The notes under the pieces were generated by a model, which saw nothing but the letters and a program-made list of their open reading frames with translations, was not told the DNA's origin and did not search any database. A stretch of 64,000 bases of DNA, taken from the NCBI GenBank assembly GCA_963782055.1, contig CAWAIF010000003.1, positions 1,440,001 to 1,504,000 of the forward strand. The letters are read 5' to 3'. Shown here one piece after another: positions 32,894 to 43,113 of this stretch; the first letter of the stretch is position 1; each line of letters opens with the position of its first letter. This stretch comes from an uncultured delta proteobacterium (GTDB lineage: Bacteria; Myxococcota_A; Polyangia; Polyangiales; Polyangiaceae). The position numbers and the translations under genes are program-made.

Positions 32894-34837
32894 ATGCGCC
32901 GCCTGCTCCCCCTCGCCCTCGTCTCCGCACTCGCGTGTGGGGGCGCGCCCCCGCCGCCGGCGCAGCCCGTGCTGCTCCCCACGGCCACCGCCACGCAGAC
33001 GGTCGAGGCGCCCTCCGTCGACCTGTCGCCCGTCCCGGTGCCCGCGTCGCTGGCGGTCTACGCGCGGCTCTCCTCGCCGTCCCGTACGCTGGACATGCTC
33101 GGCACCTGGGTGGGCACCAGCCTGGATGGTCACGAGCCCCTCGCGGAGGCCATCGGTGAGCGGCTCGCCAAGCTCGCGGACATGACCGCGCCCATCGATC
33201 TGGCCGTGGTCTTTCACTCGCCCCTCCACGGCGACTCGGGCGGGGACATCGTGCTGAGCGTGCCGCTGCAATCGCTGGAGGACGCGAAGTCGGCGTTCGC
33301 CGGCAAGCTCGTCCCGCTGTCCAACGGCGCCTTCGAGATCCTGGGCGGCGCGGAGGAGGGCGAGGACGACGGTCCGTCGGGCCACCTGCACGCCTGCGCC
33401 ATCTCGCCGGCCGTCGGCGCGGCAGGGGCGCGGGCGCTCTGCTCCCGCCGCCCCGACGCCCGTGACGCCGTGATGCCGTACCTGGTGCGCACCGCGCCGC
33501 GCAAGACCTTCCCCTCCGACCTGCACGTCGAGGTCTTCGCCGCGCCCTTCACGTCCTTCTCCAGAGACAACCCCCGGATCATCCCGCAGATCGTGCACTC
33601 CATGGGCGGCTCCGATCCGGCCGTCCACGACGCCTTCACGTCGGCCTTCGCCGACCTCGTCGACACCCTCTCCGACCTGCGCTCGGTGAGCTTCGACGGA
33701 GCCGTCGACCCGGCGGCGGCGAGCGTGCAGCTTCAGGCGACCTTCCACGGGAGCAGCGGCCTGGTCACGCGCGTGCTGACCGGCCACCCCGAACGCGCCG
33801 AGGCGCTCCCCGCTGCCTTCCTGCGGCTGCCCTCGGACAGCGACCTCGCCGTCTTCGGTCACGGGATGGACGCCGACCAGCTCGCGCACCCGCGCGACAT
33901 CGCGACGAGGGCCTTCGACAACGGCCTGACCTACGCGAAGGAGCTCAAGCCTGCCGACCGCAAGGCCTTCGAGGACGCCTTCTCCCACACCGTGGACCTT
34001 CTGGCCTACCCCTTCGTCTACGCGCGCGGCGTGGACGTGGGGCCCGCGTCGCGGGCGCTGGCGAAGTGGCACGCGTCCCCCGGCGATGCGGCGAAGGAGC
34101 GCGCCGCGTACGCGCAGGTCGCCGGCTGGGACGTGTTCGGCACGCAGGCGCCGAAGGGCGCCGTCGCGCAGGCGGTCAAGCAGTGGCAGGCGGCGTTCCG
34201 GCGGCCGGCCACCCTGCGGTGGTTGAAGGCTCACGCGGGGCGAGGCGGCAAGCCGCCGGTGGTCAAGCTCGCGGCGGTGCCGTCCGGGCTGCCGGCGGGG
34301 ACCGTGCACCTGGAGGCGGACATCTACTCCACCCCGCCCGCGCCGCCGGCCCCGCCCCCGCGGGCGAACCGCGGGACCCGCAAGCCGGTGCGCCGCGCGC
34401 GGCCGGCGCCCACCCTCACCAGGCTCCACGTCCTGGTCGTGCCGGACGCCGACACGACGTGGGTCGTCAGCGCGCTCGACGACAAGCTCGCCGCGGCGCG
34501 CGCGCGCGCCATGCTCAAGCCGGCCGCCTCCGGCACGCTGGCCAGCCGCGGCGGCATCGAGGCGCTGCGCGGCGCGCGGCTCAACGCCGGAGGCCTGCTC
34601 ACCATGCGGGGCCTGGGCATGAAGACGCCCTTCGTCTGGGCGATGCTCGATCCCACCGACGAGCTGCAGGACGATCCCCTGCTCGGCATGTCCAGCGCGT
34701 CGCAGGGAAGCACGCTGCTGCCCTTCACCTACGTCGAGTCGGCGAAGGGCGGAGAGCGCTCCTTCACGATGGCGCTGCGGGTACCGCGGACCGCGCTGTC
34801 CGGGTTGATGAACGTGGGGCCACGGATCTTCCCGTAG
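32894..34837 (+). CDS. Hypothetical lipoprotein
   Basis: MRRLLPLALVSALAC lipobox; long high-GC3 frame. Confidence 0.8.
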   Translation: MRRLLPLALVSALACGGAPPPPAQPVLLPTATATQTVEAPSVDLSPVPVPASLAVYARLSSPSRTLDMLGTWVGTSLDGHEPLAEAIGERLAKLADMTAPIDLAVVFHSPLHGDSGGDIVLSVPLQSLEDAKSAFAGKLVPLSNGAFEILGGAEEGEDDGPSGHLHACAISPAVGAAGARALCSRRPDARDAVMPYLVRTAPRKTFPSDLHVEVFAAPFTSFSRDNPRIIPQIVHSMGGSDPAVHDAFTSAFADLVDTLSDLRSVSFDGAVDPAAASVQLQATFHGSSGLVTRVLTGHPERAEALPAAFLRLPSDSDLAVFGHGMDADQLAHPRDIATRAFDNGLTYAKELKPADRKAFEDAFSHTVDLLAYPFVYARGVDVGPASRALAKWHASPGDAAKERAAYAQVAGWDVFGTQAPKGAVAQAVKQWQAAFRRPATLRWLKAHAGRGGKPPVVKLAAVPSGLPAGTVHLEADIYSTPPAPPAPPPRANRGTRKPVRRARPAPTLTRLHVLVVPDADTTWVVSALDDKLAAARARAMLKPAASGTLASRGGIEALRGARLNAGGLLTMRGLGMKTPFVWAMLDPTDELQDDPLLGMSSASQGSTLLPFTYVESAKGGERSFTMALRVPRTALSGLMNVGPRIFP

Positions 34838-34995
34838 AGCGGGTGCGCGCGTGGAGGTGGGTGAGGCACCGGGCGCGCTGAGCGGTGCGATCGTCCTTGT
34901 GCCCGGCCCCGAACGACGCGATACCCGGACGCGGACCCGATCGTGAGGCAACAGTGGGAGAGTCAGAGGCGCGCGACGTCGCGCGGGGCGCGACG

Positions 34996-35445
34996 GTGAC
35001 CGAGCTCCAGGAAGACGAGGGCGGTCACCCGCTCCGGAGCATCGTCGCGGTGATCGGCGGCATCTTCGTCGGGGCCGTCTGCACCATCGGGACCGATGGC
35101 GTGCTCCGTGCCATCCACGTGTATCCGTCCGCCGGCGCGTCGATGACCGCCGGGCTCTTCGTCCTGGCGGCCGGCCATCGAGCGGTGTGGGCGGTCCTCG
35201 CGAGCCTCGTCGCCGGGCGCATCGGCCGCCCGAGGCCGATGCTCCACGCGATGATCGTGGGCGGCCTCAACCTGCTGGTGAACGCGGCGGGCACCCTCGC
35301 GACGTGGCACAAGGGGCCCGAGTTCGGGCCGAAGTGGTACCCGATCCTGCTCACGGCGCTCGCCTTGCCCTGCGCGTGGGTGGGCGGGCGCCTCGCCGCG
35401 CGCGGGTCCAGCGTCCGCGTTCCATCGGGCGGCAGTACGCTATAG
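34996..35445 (+). CDS. Small 4-TM membrane protein
   Basis: LRSIVAVIGG..PMLHAMIVG..GPKWYP..PCAWVGGRL; start uncertain. Confidence 0.75.
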   Translation: MTELQEDEGGHPLRSIVAVIGGIFVGAVCTIGTDGVLRAIHVYPSAGASMTAGLFVLAAGHRAVWAVLASLVAGRIGRPRPMLHAMIVGGLNLLVNAAGTLATWHKGPEFGPKWYPILLTALALPCAWVGGRLAARGSSVRVPSGGSTL

Positions 35446-35455
35446 AGTCGCTCGG

Positions 35456-36064
35456 ATGGGGTTGGTGCGCGCCCTGCTTCGAGGCATGCTCCTCGCCGCG
35501 AGCGCGTCCGCGTGCGGCTGTGCCGTCTTCGGCAGCGCGACCGCCGGCTACGGCCACGCGTTCGCCCAGGCGCCGGAGCGGAGCACCTTCACGACCAACG
35601 TCTACGCCGGCTATGGACCGGGCACCGGCGAACCGGGCGGGACGGGGCTGGGGTTCGGCGACGCCGTCGGCCTGCGAACGAAGTGGAGCGACGCCGTCCA
35701 GCAGGTCTCCATCTCCGACTCGCTCTTCTTTCTCTACGGCTTCGGGCTCGACGGCTCCGGAAACCCGGCGATCGGCCTGTTCGCGAACGCGGGGGCGGCG
35801 CTCTTCACGTTCGAGGAGGTGGCCGGGGAGTCGTCCGCCTCGCTCGCGAGTCCGTTCGCCGAGCTCGGCACCTTCTTTCGCGTACTGGACGAGTGGGGGA
35901 TCACGGCGAGCGTCGGCATCGAGGACGACATCCGCTTCACCGACTTGCCCAGCACCGGGTACCTGACCTTCGCGCTCGGCGTCGGCGTGATGTCGTTCGT
36001 CGAGTTGGATCTGCGCCGTCCCCCACCAGGGGCACGGCACGCGTACACCGGCGATCGCCGGTAG
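35456..36064 (+). CDS. Hypothetical secreted / outer-membrane beta-rich protein
   Basis: Signal-like N-terminus with Cys; alternating aromatic and hydrophobic strands. Confidence 0.6.
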   Translation: MGLVRALLRGMLLAASASACGCAVFGSATAGYGHAFAQAPERSTFTTNVYAGYGPGTGEPGGTGLGFGDAVGLRTKWSDAVQQVSISDSLFFLYGFGLDGSGNPAIGLFANAGAALFTFEEVAGESSASLASPFAELGTFFRVLDEWGITASVGIEDDIRFTDLPSTGYLTFALGVGVMSFVELDLRRPPPGARHAYTGDRR

Positions 36065-36098
36065 AGGCACTCCAGCCCGCGCGGACGCGGGCGCCGGA

Positions 36099-37394
36099 TC
36101 ACTCCACGACCAGGCCAGGCCACACGGCGACTCGCGCGCCGAGTCGGGAGGTGATCATGAAGGCGTGCGCGCCGCCGACCAGCGAGGCGCCCGTGACGGT
36201 GATGGTGAGCTGGAGCTTGTCGCCGTTGTGGCCCTGCGTGCGGTCCCAGGCGAAGTCGAGGGTCGGCTTGAGCCCGTACGAGCCGTAGTACGCCGAGAGC
36301 ACGTCGGCGGCGCTGACCGTCCACGGGCCGCCGGTGTCGCCGTCGCTGAACAGGTCGACCTCTATCGTCTTGCTCGCGCCCCGGGCGATGGTCACGCCCT
36401 TGGTCGTGACGTCGCCGGTGAGGGTCGACGTGAAGCTGACGGTCTCGTCGAGCACCGGCGCGCTGTCGAAGAAGGGGCCCGCGATCGCCGGCACGCATGG
36501 GTCGTGGCTCGCCGCGGCGGCCAGGTTGGACCACGTGCGCTGCACGCGCTGGCCGACGTCCGGCGGGGTGACGTAGACGGCCGGACCCTCGGGGTCGCAC
36601 ATGTCACCGGCCTCCCCGCCGCCGAGCAGGGCCCACACCGCGTGGTCGCCGTCCGGCCCGTAGAACGCCGACGTCGGGCCGGCGGCGAGCGTGAAGGTGC
36701 CGCCGGAGGTCACCTGCGGGTCCGTCGCCGCCTCCACCCACTCGTGGCTGATCGTGGAGGTGACGGTGGCCAGCGCCCCGCACGTGGGGATCACCGCGTA
36801 GGCGAAGTCGGTGGTCCCGGCGTCGTCCAGGGCGAGGTCCACGTTGTCGTGGTAGCCGAGGAAGGCCACGCAGCTGTTGACCGTCCCGAAGATGGATCCG
36901 ACGGGGTTCGGCTCGGTCACGGTCGTCGTCTTCGGAAGGACGATCGTGTAGATGGCCTGCGGGTCGGGCGTACCGAACGCGCCGCTCTGGATCTCGGCGC
37001 CGACCCACGTCTGCATGTCCGCCTGCGAGATGGTCGTCGGCGGCGTCTCCCCGGTCAGGTCGATGGTGCCGGCGTACGCGAGCGCGCCCACGCCGTACTC
37101 GGCAGTCGTGGCGGACCAGTAGGTGCTCTTCGCCATCGACTGCGCGAACGCCTGCAGTGGCTGCTCCGACGCGTAGCCCGGGTAAAAGACGAGGACCACT
37201 CGCGGAGAGGTGAGCACGGGGCCCTTCGATGCGTTGACAATCTGGGGCAGCGGCGGGTGTGGCGCGGGGTAGCCCACCTCCGGCGGGGAGTCGGGGCCGG
37301 CGTCCGCCATGCCGGCGTCGTCGCCGGTGGGTTGCACGCTGCTGCCGCAGCCGAGAGCGAGCACGAGGCACCAGGCGACGGTGTGTGGATGCAT
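36099..37394 (-). CDS. Hypothetical lipoprotein with a SHEWVEAATDP motif
   Basis: Lipobox ALGC; GYH, SHEWVEAATDP, EAGDMC, VQRTWSN..DPC. Confidence 0.8.
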   Translation of the reverse strand: MHPHTVAWCLVLALGCGSSVQPTGDDAGMADAGPDSPPEVGYPAPHPPLPQIVNASKGPVLTSPRVVLVFYPGYASEQPLQAFAQSMAKSTYWSATTAEYGVGALAYAGTIDLTGETPPTTISQADMQTWVGAEIQSGAFGTPDPQAIYTIVLPKTTTVTEPNPVGSIFGTVNSCVAFLGYHDNVDLALDDAGTTDFAYAVIPTCGALATVTSTISHEWVEAATDPQVTSGGTFTLAAGPTSAFYGPDGDHAVWALLGGGEAGDMCDPEGPAVYVTPPDVGQRVQRTWSNLAAAASHDPCVPAIAGPFFDSAPVLDETVSFTSTLTGDVTTKGVTIARGASKTIEVDLFSDGDTGGPWTVSAADVLSAYYGSYGLKPTLDFAWDRTQGHNGDKLQLTITVTGASLVGGAHAFMITSRLGARVAVWPGLVVE

Positions 37395-37471
37395 GCGGAC
37401 CTCTCCCCGTAAAGGAACATAGCACCCCGCGGGGGTGGGACCGTCGCGCGGCCTCGTGGTATGCGCTGGGC

Positions 37472-38278
37472 GTGCGGGTCGCGGTCGTCGGACATCTGGA
37501 GTGGGTCGAGTTCCTGCGCCTCGCGCGGGTCCCGCGCGCGGGGGAGATCGTGCAGGCCGAGCCCGGCGTCGCGGTCGCCGCGGGCGGAGGCGCGGTGGCC
37601 GCCGTGGCGCTGGCGCGCTTCGGCGCCGAGACGCTCTTCTTCACCGCGCTCGGTGACGACCCGCTCGGCCATCGCGCCGAACAGGAGCTGGCCGCGCGTG
37701 GCGTCCAGGTCCGCGCGGTGTTTCGCGATGAGCCGCAGCGCCGCGCCATCACCTTCGTCGACGCCTCGAGGGAGCGCACGATCGTGACGGTCGGGGACCG
37801 GCTCGTACCCCGCGCCGGCGATCCGGTGCCCTGGGAGGAGCTCGAGCGGTGCGAGGCGGTGTACGTCACGGCAGGCGACGCGGCGGCGGTGCGCCTCGCC
37901 CGCCGCGCGCGCGTCGTCGTCGGCACCTCGCGGGTGCTGCCCTTGCTGCGTGAGGCGCGTGTGGCGCTCGACGCGCTCGTCGGCAGCGCGAACGACCCGG
38001 CGGAGCGCTTCGTGTCGGGCGATCTCGACCCCGCGCCGCGCCTCGTCGTGCGCACCGACGGGGCGCGCGGCGGCGAATGGGTCGTGCCCGACGGCTCCTC
38101 GCATCGCTGGGCCGCGGTGCCCGCCGGCGCCTCCGGCGACGCCTACGGGGCGGGCGACACCTTCGCCGCCGCGCTGACGCTCGCGCTCGGACAGCGAAGG
38201 TCGCCGGCGGACGCGGTCGCCTTCGCGGCGGCGCGGGCAGCGGAGGTGGTCGCGTTCGAGGGACCGTACCCGCCCTGA
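37472..38278 (+). CDS. PfkB-family carbohydrate kinase
   Basis: VAVVGH, AGGGAVAAVALAR, LGDDPLG, TDGARG, DAYGAGDTFAAAL. Confidence 0.9.
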   Translation: MRVAVVGHLEWVEFLRLARVPRAGEIVQAEPGVAVAAGGGAVAAVALARFGAETLFFTALGDDPLGHRAEQELAARGVQVRAVFRDEPQRRAITFVDASRERTIVTVGDRLVPRAGDPVPWEELERCEAVYVTAGDAAAVRLARRARVVVGTSRVLPLLREARVALDALVGSANDPAERFVSGDLDPAPRLVVRTDGARGGEWVVPDGSSHRWAAVPAGASGDAYGAGDTFAAALTLALGQRRSPADAVAFAAARAAEVVAFEGPYPP

Positions 38279-38309
38279 TGTGTGCGACCGGTCGTGTTAC
38301 GCTATCGCG

Positions 38310-38534
38310 ATGACCCTCTCGGTTTGCAAGTGCGGCAAGCACGTTCGCGTGACGGACTCGACCTGCCCGTTCTGCGGCGCCCGGCGCGGCGCGGCGCGCA
38401 TCTCACGCGCGCTGCTCTTCGCGGGCATCGCGGCGACGAGCGCCGCGTCGGTCGCGTGCTACGGCGGCCCGGTCCCGCCGCCGCGGAGTGCGCCGCCCCC
38501 CGCGTCGTCCGGAAGCGGCAGCTCGACTCCGTGA
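38310..38534 (+). CDS. Small protein: Cys/His knuckle, hydrophobic stretch, CYGGP motif
   Basis: CKCGKHV..CPFCG..ISRALLFAG..VACYGGPVPPP. Confidence 0.7.
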   Translation: MTLSVCKCGKHVRVTDSTCPFCGARRGAARISRALLFAGIAATSAASVACYGGPVPPPRSAPPPASSGSGSSTP

Positions 38535-38559
38535 CGGGCGCCGTCGCGCGGCCCCGTCG

Positions 38560-40002
38560 CTACCCCTCCGCCACGCTCGACAGCGGCTCGGCGATCTCCT
38601 CCAGCGACCTCCTCTCGGCCTTCACCCCCAGGACCGCCCCCACCGCCGCCGCGACGAGCATCAGCCCTGCGCCCACGGCGTACCCGTAGAACAGGTGCAT
38701 CGGGTCCTTCGTCCCGACGAGCCACCCGAAGAACGCCGGCGCGCCCAGGCCGCCAACGCCCGTCCCCACCGCGTAGAAGAGGGCGATCGCCATGGCGCGG
38801 ATCTCCACCGGGAAGAGCTCGCTCACGGTGAGGTACGCCGAGCTCGCCGCGGCCGACCCGAAGAAGAAGATCCCCGACCAGAGCAGCGTCTGCGTCGTGG
38901 CGTTCAGCGATCCGTGCACGAAGAGCACGCCCGACCCCAGCAGCAGCACGCCGGACGCCGCGTAGGTGGTGACGATCATCGCCTTGCGCCCCACCGCGTC
39001 GAAGGCGCGCCCGAGTACCAGCGGACCGAGGAAGTTCCCCACGGCGAAGGGCAGCAGGTACAGCCCGACGCGCTCCGGTCGCACCGAGAAGAACTGGGTG
39101 AGGATGAGCGAGTAGCTGAAGAAGATGGAGTTGTAGAAGAAGGCCTGCGCCACCATGAGGGTGAGGCCGAGCACCGCCCGCGCGCGGTACTGCGAGAGGA
39201 TCACCCGTGCGACGCGCTTGAAGCCGGTGCGCACGCCGACCTCGATGTGGATGTGGCCGCGCGGCTCCGCGAGCGGCTCGGGGTGGTGGCGCGCGACGAT
39301 GGTCTCGATGTCGCCGACGATGCCCTCCGCCTCCTTCTCCCGGCCGTGCAACAGGAGCCATCGCGGGCTCTCCGGCACGAAGCGGCGCACCAGGACCACC
39401 GCGAAGGCGAGCACCGCGCCCATGGCGAAGGCGAGGCGCCAGCCCAGCCAGCGCGGAAAGAAGCGCGGGTCGAGGAGCACCGTGCTGGCCGCGGCGCCCG
39501 CCGCGGTGCCGACCCAGTAGCTCCCGTTGATGGCGAGGTCCGCGTGGCCGCGCACCCGCGCGGGCAGGAGCTCGTCGATCGCCGAGTTGATGGCGGCGTA
39601 CTCCCCGCCGATGGCCGTGCCGGTCATCACGCGGAAGACGGCGAACGACGCGAAGTTCCACGCCATCGCCGTCAGCAAGGTCGACACGAGATAGATGGCG
39701 AGCGTCACCAGAAAGAGGCGCTTGCGCCCGAGCCGATCGGTGAGGTGGCCGAAGACCAGCGCCCCCGCGATGGCCCCCATGATGTACATGCTGCCCGCGA
39801 GCCCCACCTGGTCGCTGGTGAGCCGCAGCGTGTCCCCCCGCTCCAGGACGCTGCCGATCGCGCCGACGATCGTCACCTCCAGGCCGTCCAGGATCCAGGT
39901 GATCCCCAAAGACACCACCACGAACCAGTGCCAGCGCGACCACGGCAGGCGGTCCAGCCTCGCGGGGATGTTGCTCGTCACGCGACGCGGCTGGCCGTCC
40001 AT
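38560..40002 (-). CDS. MFS transporter
   Basis: RLDRLPWSRWH, TDRLGRKR, GGEYAAINSAIDE, PESPRWL, SELFPVEIR. Confidence 0.95.
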   Translation of the reverse strand: MDGQPRRVTSNIPARLDRLPWSRWHWFVVVSLGITWILDGLEVTIVGAIGSVLERGDTLRLTSDQVGLAGSMYIMGAIAGALVFGHLTDRLGRKRLFLVTLAIYLVSTLLTAMAWNFASFAVFRVMTGTAIGGEYAAINSAIDELLPARVRGHADLAINGSYWVGTAAGAAASTVLLDPRFFPRWLGWRLAFAMGAVLAFAVVLVRRFVPESPRWLLLHGREKEAEGIVGDIETIVARHHPEPLAEPRGHIHIEVGVRTGFKRVARVILSQYRARAVLGLTLMVAQAFFYNSIFFSYSLILTQFFSVRPERVGLYLLPFAVGNFLGPLVLGRAFDAVGRKAMIVTTYAASGVLLLGSGVLFVHGSLNATTQTLLWSGIFFFGSAAASSAYLTVSELFPVEIRAMAIALFYAVGTGVGGLGAPAFFGWLVGTKDPMHLFYGYAVGAGLMLVAAAVGAVLGVKAERRSLEEIAEPLSSVAEG

Positions 40003-40077
40003 CCGTCGATACTACGCATCGAGGCGCGCGACGCACGGCCCACGGTGAGCGCTGGTATAGTGGCACACGGAGGCCCC

Positions 40078-41469
40078 TTGCGAAGGACGCACCCCACAGC
40101 TCGCCGGTTCGTCTGTGCCGCGCTGGCGCTCGCCGCGGTCGTCGCGTCGTCGTCCGCCGCCGCCGCCACCCTGCAGGCCGGCCCGACGCGCACCTACAAG
40201 ACGCCGTGCGCGGCCATCGCCGCCGCCAAGGCCGGCGACGTGATCGAGGTGGACGCCGGCCGCTACGACGGTGACACCTGCGCGTGGTCGACGGACGACC
40301 TGACCGTCCGCGCCGTCGGCGGCCGCGCCAAGATCGACGACACCAAGGTCGCGGTGTCGCAGAAGAAGGGGATCTTCGTCATCACCGCGCCGAATGCCAC
40401 CGTCGAGGGCTTCGAGCTCTCCGGCGCGGCCATCTCGGCGGCCGACGGCAACAACGGCGCGGGCATTCGCCATCAGGGCCAGAACCTCACCGTGCGTGAC
40501 TGCTACTTCCACGACGACCAGGACGGCATCCTGGGTGCGCCGCCGGCGGACGGGCAGGGGACCGTGATCATCGAGCGCTCCGAGTTCTCCCACAACGGCG
40601 CGGGCGACGGGTACTCGCACAACATGTACCTGAACCACTACGCGAGCTTCACCCTCCGGTACTCGTACTCCCACGACGCCAACGTGGGGCACCTGGTCAA
40701 GACGCGCGCCCACCAGAACTTCATCCTCTACAACCGCCTCACCGACGAGACCGGCGGCAAGGCGAGCTACGAGCTGGACGTCCCGAGCGCCGGCAAGACG
40801 TACGTGATCGGCAACGTCATCGAGCAGGCGTCCACCACGCAGAACCCGAACATCGTCTCGTACGGCGAGGAGGGCGGCACCCTCAACCCCGACACGCACC
40901 TCTTCTTCGTCGGCAACACCGTGCTCAACGACGACGCCAAGGGCACCTTCGTCGTCGTGGCGCCCAGCACGCCGGCCTTCTTCGCCGACAACATCTTCTC
41001 CGGCCCGGGCACGGTCACCTCGCAAAAGTCCGCGGTGCAGAAGAACGATTTCGACGACTCGATGGGCGACCCCATGTTCGTCGATCGCGCGAGCTTTGAC
41101 GTGCACCTCGCCGCCGGCTCCCCGTGCATCGACCAGGGGGCGGACCCCGGGAGCGACGGCGCCCAGTCGCTGATGCCGGACCACGAGTACGTCCACCCCC
41201 TCTCGGAGGAAGCGCGCGGCGTCGTCGGCGCGGCGATCGACATCGGTGCTTACGAGTACGGCAACACGCCCGACGCGGGCGCGCCGGGCGCCGACGGTGG
41301 GGGGCCGGGGAGCGACGGGGGCGCCGTCGGCCCCGACGGCGGCGTGGTGGGCGACGGCGGCGCGGGCGGCTGCGGCTGCGTGGTCGGCGCCCCGGCGGGC
41401 GGTGCCCTCGCGTGGCTCGGCGTGCTCACCGCCGCGGCCGCGCTCGCCGCCCGTCGCCGTCGCGGCTGA
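40078..41469 (+). CDS. Secreted right-handed beta-helix protein with a MYXO-CTERM sorting signal
   Basis: Signal peptide, DGNNGAGIR, HNMY, GHLVKTRA, DIGAYEYG, GGCGCVVG + TM + RRRRG; TTG start after GGAGG is inferred. Confidence 0.85.
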   Translation: MRRTHPTARRFVCAALALAAVVASSSAAAATLQAGPTRTYKTPCAAIAAAKAGDVIEVDAGRYDGDTCAWSTDDLTVRAVGGRAKIDDTKVAVSQKKGIFVITAPNATVEGFELSGAAISAADGNNGAGIRHQGQNLTVRDCYFHDDQDGILGAPPADGQGTVIIERSEFSHNGAGDGYSHNMYLNHYASFTLRYSYSHDANVGHLVKTRAHQNFILYNRLTDETGGKASYELDVPSAGKTYVIGNVIEQASTTQNPNIVSYGEEGGTLNPDTHLFFVGNTVLNDDAKGTFVVVAPSTPAFFADNIFSGPGTVTSQKSAVQKNDFDDSMGDPMFVDRASFDVHLAAGSPCIDQGADPGSDGAQSLMPDHEYVHPLSEEARGVVGAAIDIGAYEYGNTPDAGAPGADGGGPGSDGGAVGPDGGVVGDGGAGGCGCVVGAPAGGALAWLGVLTAAAALAARRRRG

Positions 41470-41470
41470 T

Positions 41471-42982
41471 CTACGGGGCCTCGGCCGGCGAGGTCGGCGT
41501 CGACGGACTCCACGGGAAGTCGAGGCGCATCGTCGTGCCCTCCGCCGAGGTGGTCTCCACCTCCAGCTCGCCGCCGAGCGTGTGGACCAGGCCGAGGGAG
41601 ACGGCGAGGCCCAGCCCGGTGCCGACGTGGCGCGGTCGCGTGGAGAAGAAGGGCTCGAAGAGACGCTGGCGCACCTCCTCGCCGATGCCTGTGCCGTCGT
41701 CGCGAACGCGCATCACCACCCTGTCGCCGTCGCGCTCGGCGCGGATGGCGATGAAGCCGCGCCGACCGGCCGCCTCCGGGCCCAGCTTGGTGCGGGCCTC
41801 GGTCACGGCCTGCGCGGCGTTGGTGAAGAGGTTGACGAGCACCTGCTCGAGGAGGGCGGCGTTGCCCCGCACGTGCAGGTCCACCGGCACTGTCACGTCG
41901 ATCTGGATCGCCTCGTCGCGGCCGGACCGGGAAGAGGAGAGGGCCACCGCCACCGCGTCGGCGACGCGCACCGGCGTCACGGTCTGCGCGCCCTCGGCCA
42001 CGCGGCCGGCGTCCAGGAGCTGCCGCACGATGCGGGCGATGCGCGCGATGGCCGCGAGTGACTCCTCCACGCAGTCCCGGGCGTCCGCCGGCATCTCGCC
42101 GCGCTCCAGGAAGGACTGCAGGTACTCCAGGTTCGCCAGGACGGCGGCGGCGGGGTTGTTCACCTCGTGCGCGACGCCTGCGGCGAGTCGTCCGATGGCC
42201 GCGAGCTTCTCGTTGCGCATCGAGGCCGTCTGCACCGCGGCGAGCTCGCGCGTGCGCTCCTCCACCAGGTGCTCGAGCTGCCTGGACAGGGCGTCCAGCT
42301 CGCGAGCGTCCTGCACGAAGCGGCGGGCGCCGATGCTGCCGACCGACACCACCAGGACGAGGAACCCCGCGTCGACGAGGTAGATGCCGTCGTAGACGCC
42401 CATGCCGACGAGGGTGTCGTTGATCGCCGTGCCCACCAGAAAGGCGAGCCCAACGGCCTGCGGGGCGGCGTACTGCACCCCGGCCTTCCACTCGCGAACG
42501 TAGTGGATCAGCGGGACGAGCAGCGCGCCCACCGCGATGAAGAAGACGAGCACCCCCAGGCCGGTGGGCACCGCATCCGCGAGCGTCATGCCCAGCCACG
42601 GGACGGCGTGCACCCGCACGCCCGGCGCCACCACGAGGTCAGGCACCAGGGAGGCGACGCCCGCCCCGAGTGCGGTGTAGCCCACGACGCGCTCCAGGCG
42701 GGTGTTGGGCCTGGAGGCCGAGGCGGCGAGGTAGCGGATCCAGGCGAAGCCGTGCAGCCCCGCCACCGCCAGGCAGATCCGGGATCCCCAGGCGATGAGG
42801 AGGGGATCGTGAGTCGCCGGCGGGAGGATGTCGGTGCACGCGTACACGGCGGCGGTGCCGGCGATGAGCGCGAACCAGCGGAGCTGCTTCCAGCCCGGCG
42901 CCGCGGCGGCGAGGAGGGTCAGCAGGGTGAAGAGCGTGCTCACCACCGCCGACACGACCGGGAGTGCCAAATCGAGGCGCAT
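41471..42982 (-). CDS. Membrane (about 7 TM) sensor histidine kinase
   Basis: Multi-TM N-terminus, AGVAHEVNNP, NLFTNAAQA, DDGTGI, FEPFFST, GTGLGL. Confidence 0.93.
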   Translation of the reverse strand: MRLDLALPVVSAVVSTLFTLLTLLAAAAPGWKQLRWFALIAGTAAVYACTDILPPATHDPLLIAWGSRICLAVAGLHGFAWIRYLAASASRPNTRLERVVGYTALGAGVASLVPDLVVAPGVRVHAVPWLGMTLADAVPTGLGVLVFFIAVGALLVPLIHYVREWKAGVQYAAPQAVGLAFLVGTAINDTLVGMGVYDGIYLVDAGFLVLVVSVGSIGARRFVQDARELDALSRQLEHLVEERTRELAAVQTASMRNEKLAAIGRLAAGVAHEVNNPAAAVLANLEYLQSFLERGEMPADARDCVEESLAAIARIARIVRQLLDAGRVAEGAQTVTPVRVADAVAVALSSSRSGRDEAIQIDVTVPVDLHVRGNAALLEQVLVNLFTNAAQAVTEARTKLGPEAAGRRGFIAIRAERDGDRVVMRVRDDGTGIGEEVRQRLFEPFFSTRPRHVGTGLGLAVSLGLVHTLGGELEVETTSAEGTTMRLDFPWSPSTPTSPAEAP

Positions 42983-43079
42983 CCATGACCCATACGGCTC
43001 GGTGCCGGCGCGCCCTTAGGCGTCCCGATCGCCGAAGCCCGCGAAATCCGACCGGGGCGGGGTGCCCGCGGCGGGCCGA

Positions 43080-43104
43080 GTTGACGCGCAAACGGCGCGT
43101 CAAC
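43080..43104. terminator. 10-bp stem inverted repeat
   Basis: GTTGACGCGC-AAACG-GCGCGTCAAC just past the stop of the 43114-45588 gene; terminator or operator. Confidence 0.4.
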
Positions 43105-43113
43105 CGAGCGTCC

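Noticed and set aside
38488..40077. N-terminal extension of the 993-aa ORF
   Set aside because: Antisense shadow of the MFS gene; the signal peptide starts near 40078.
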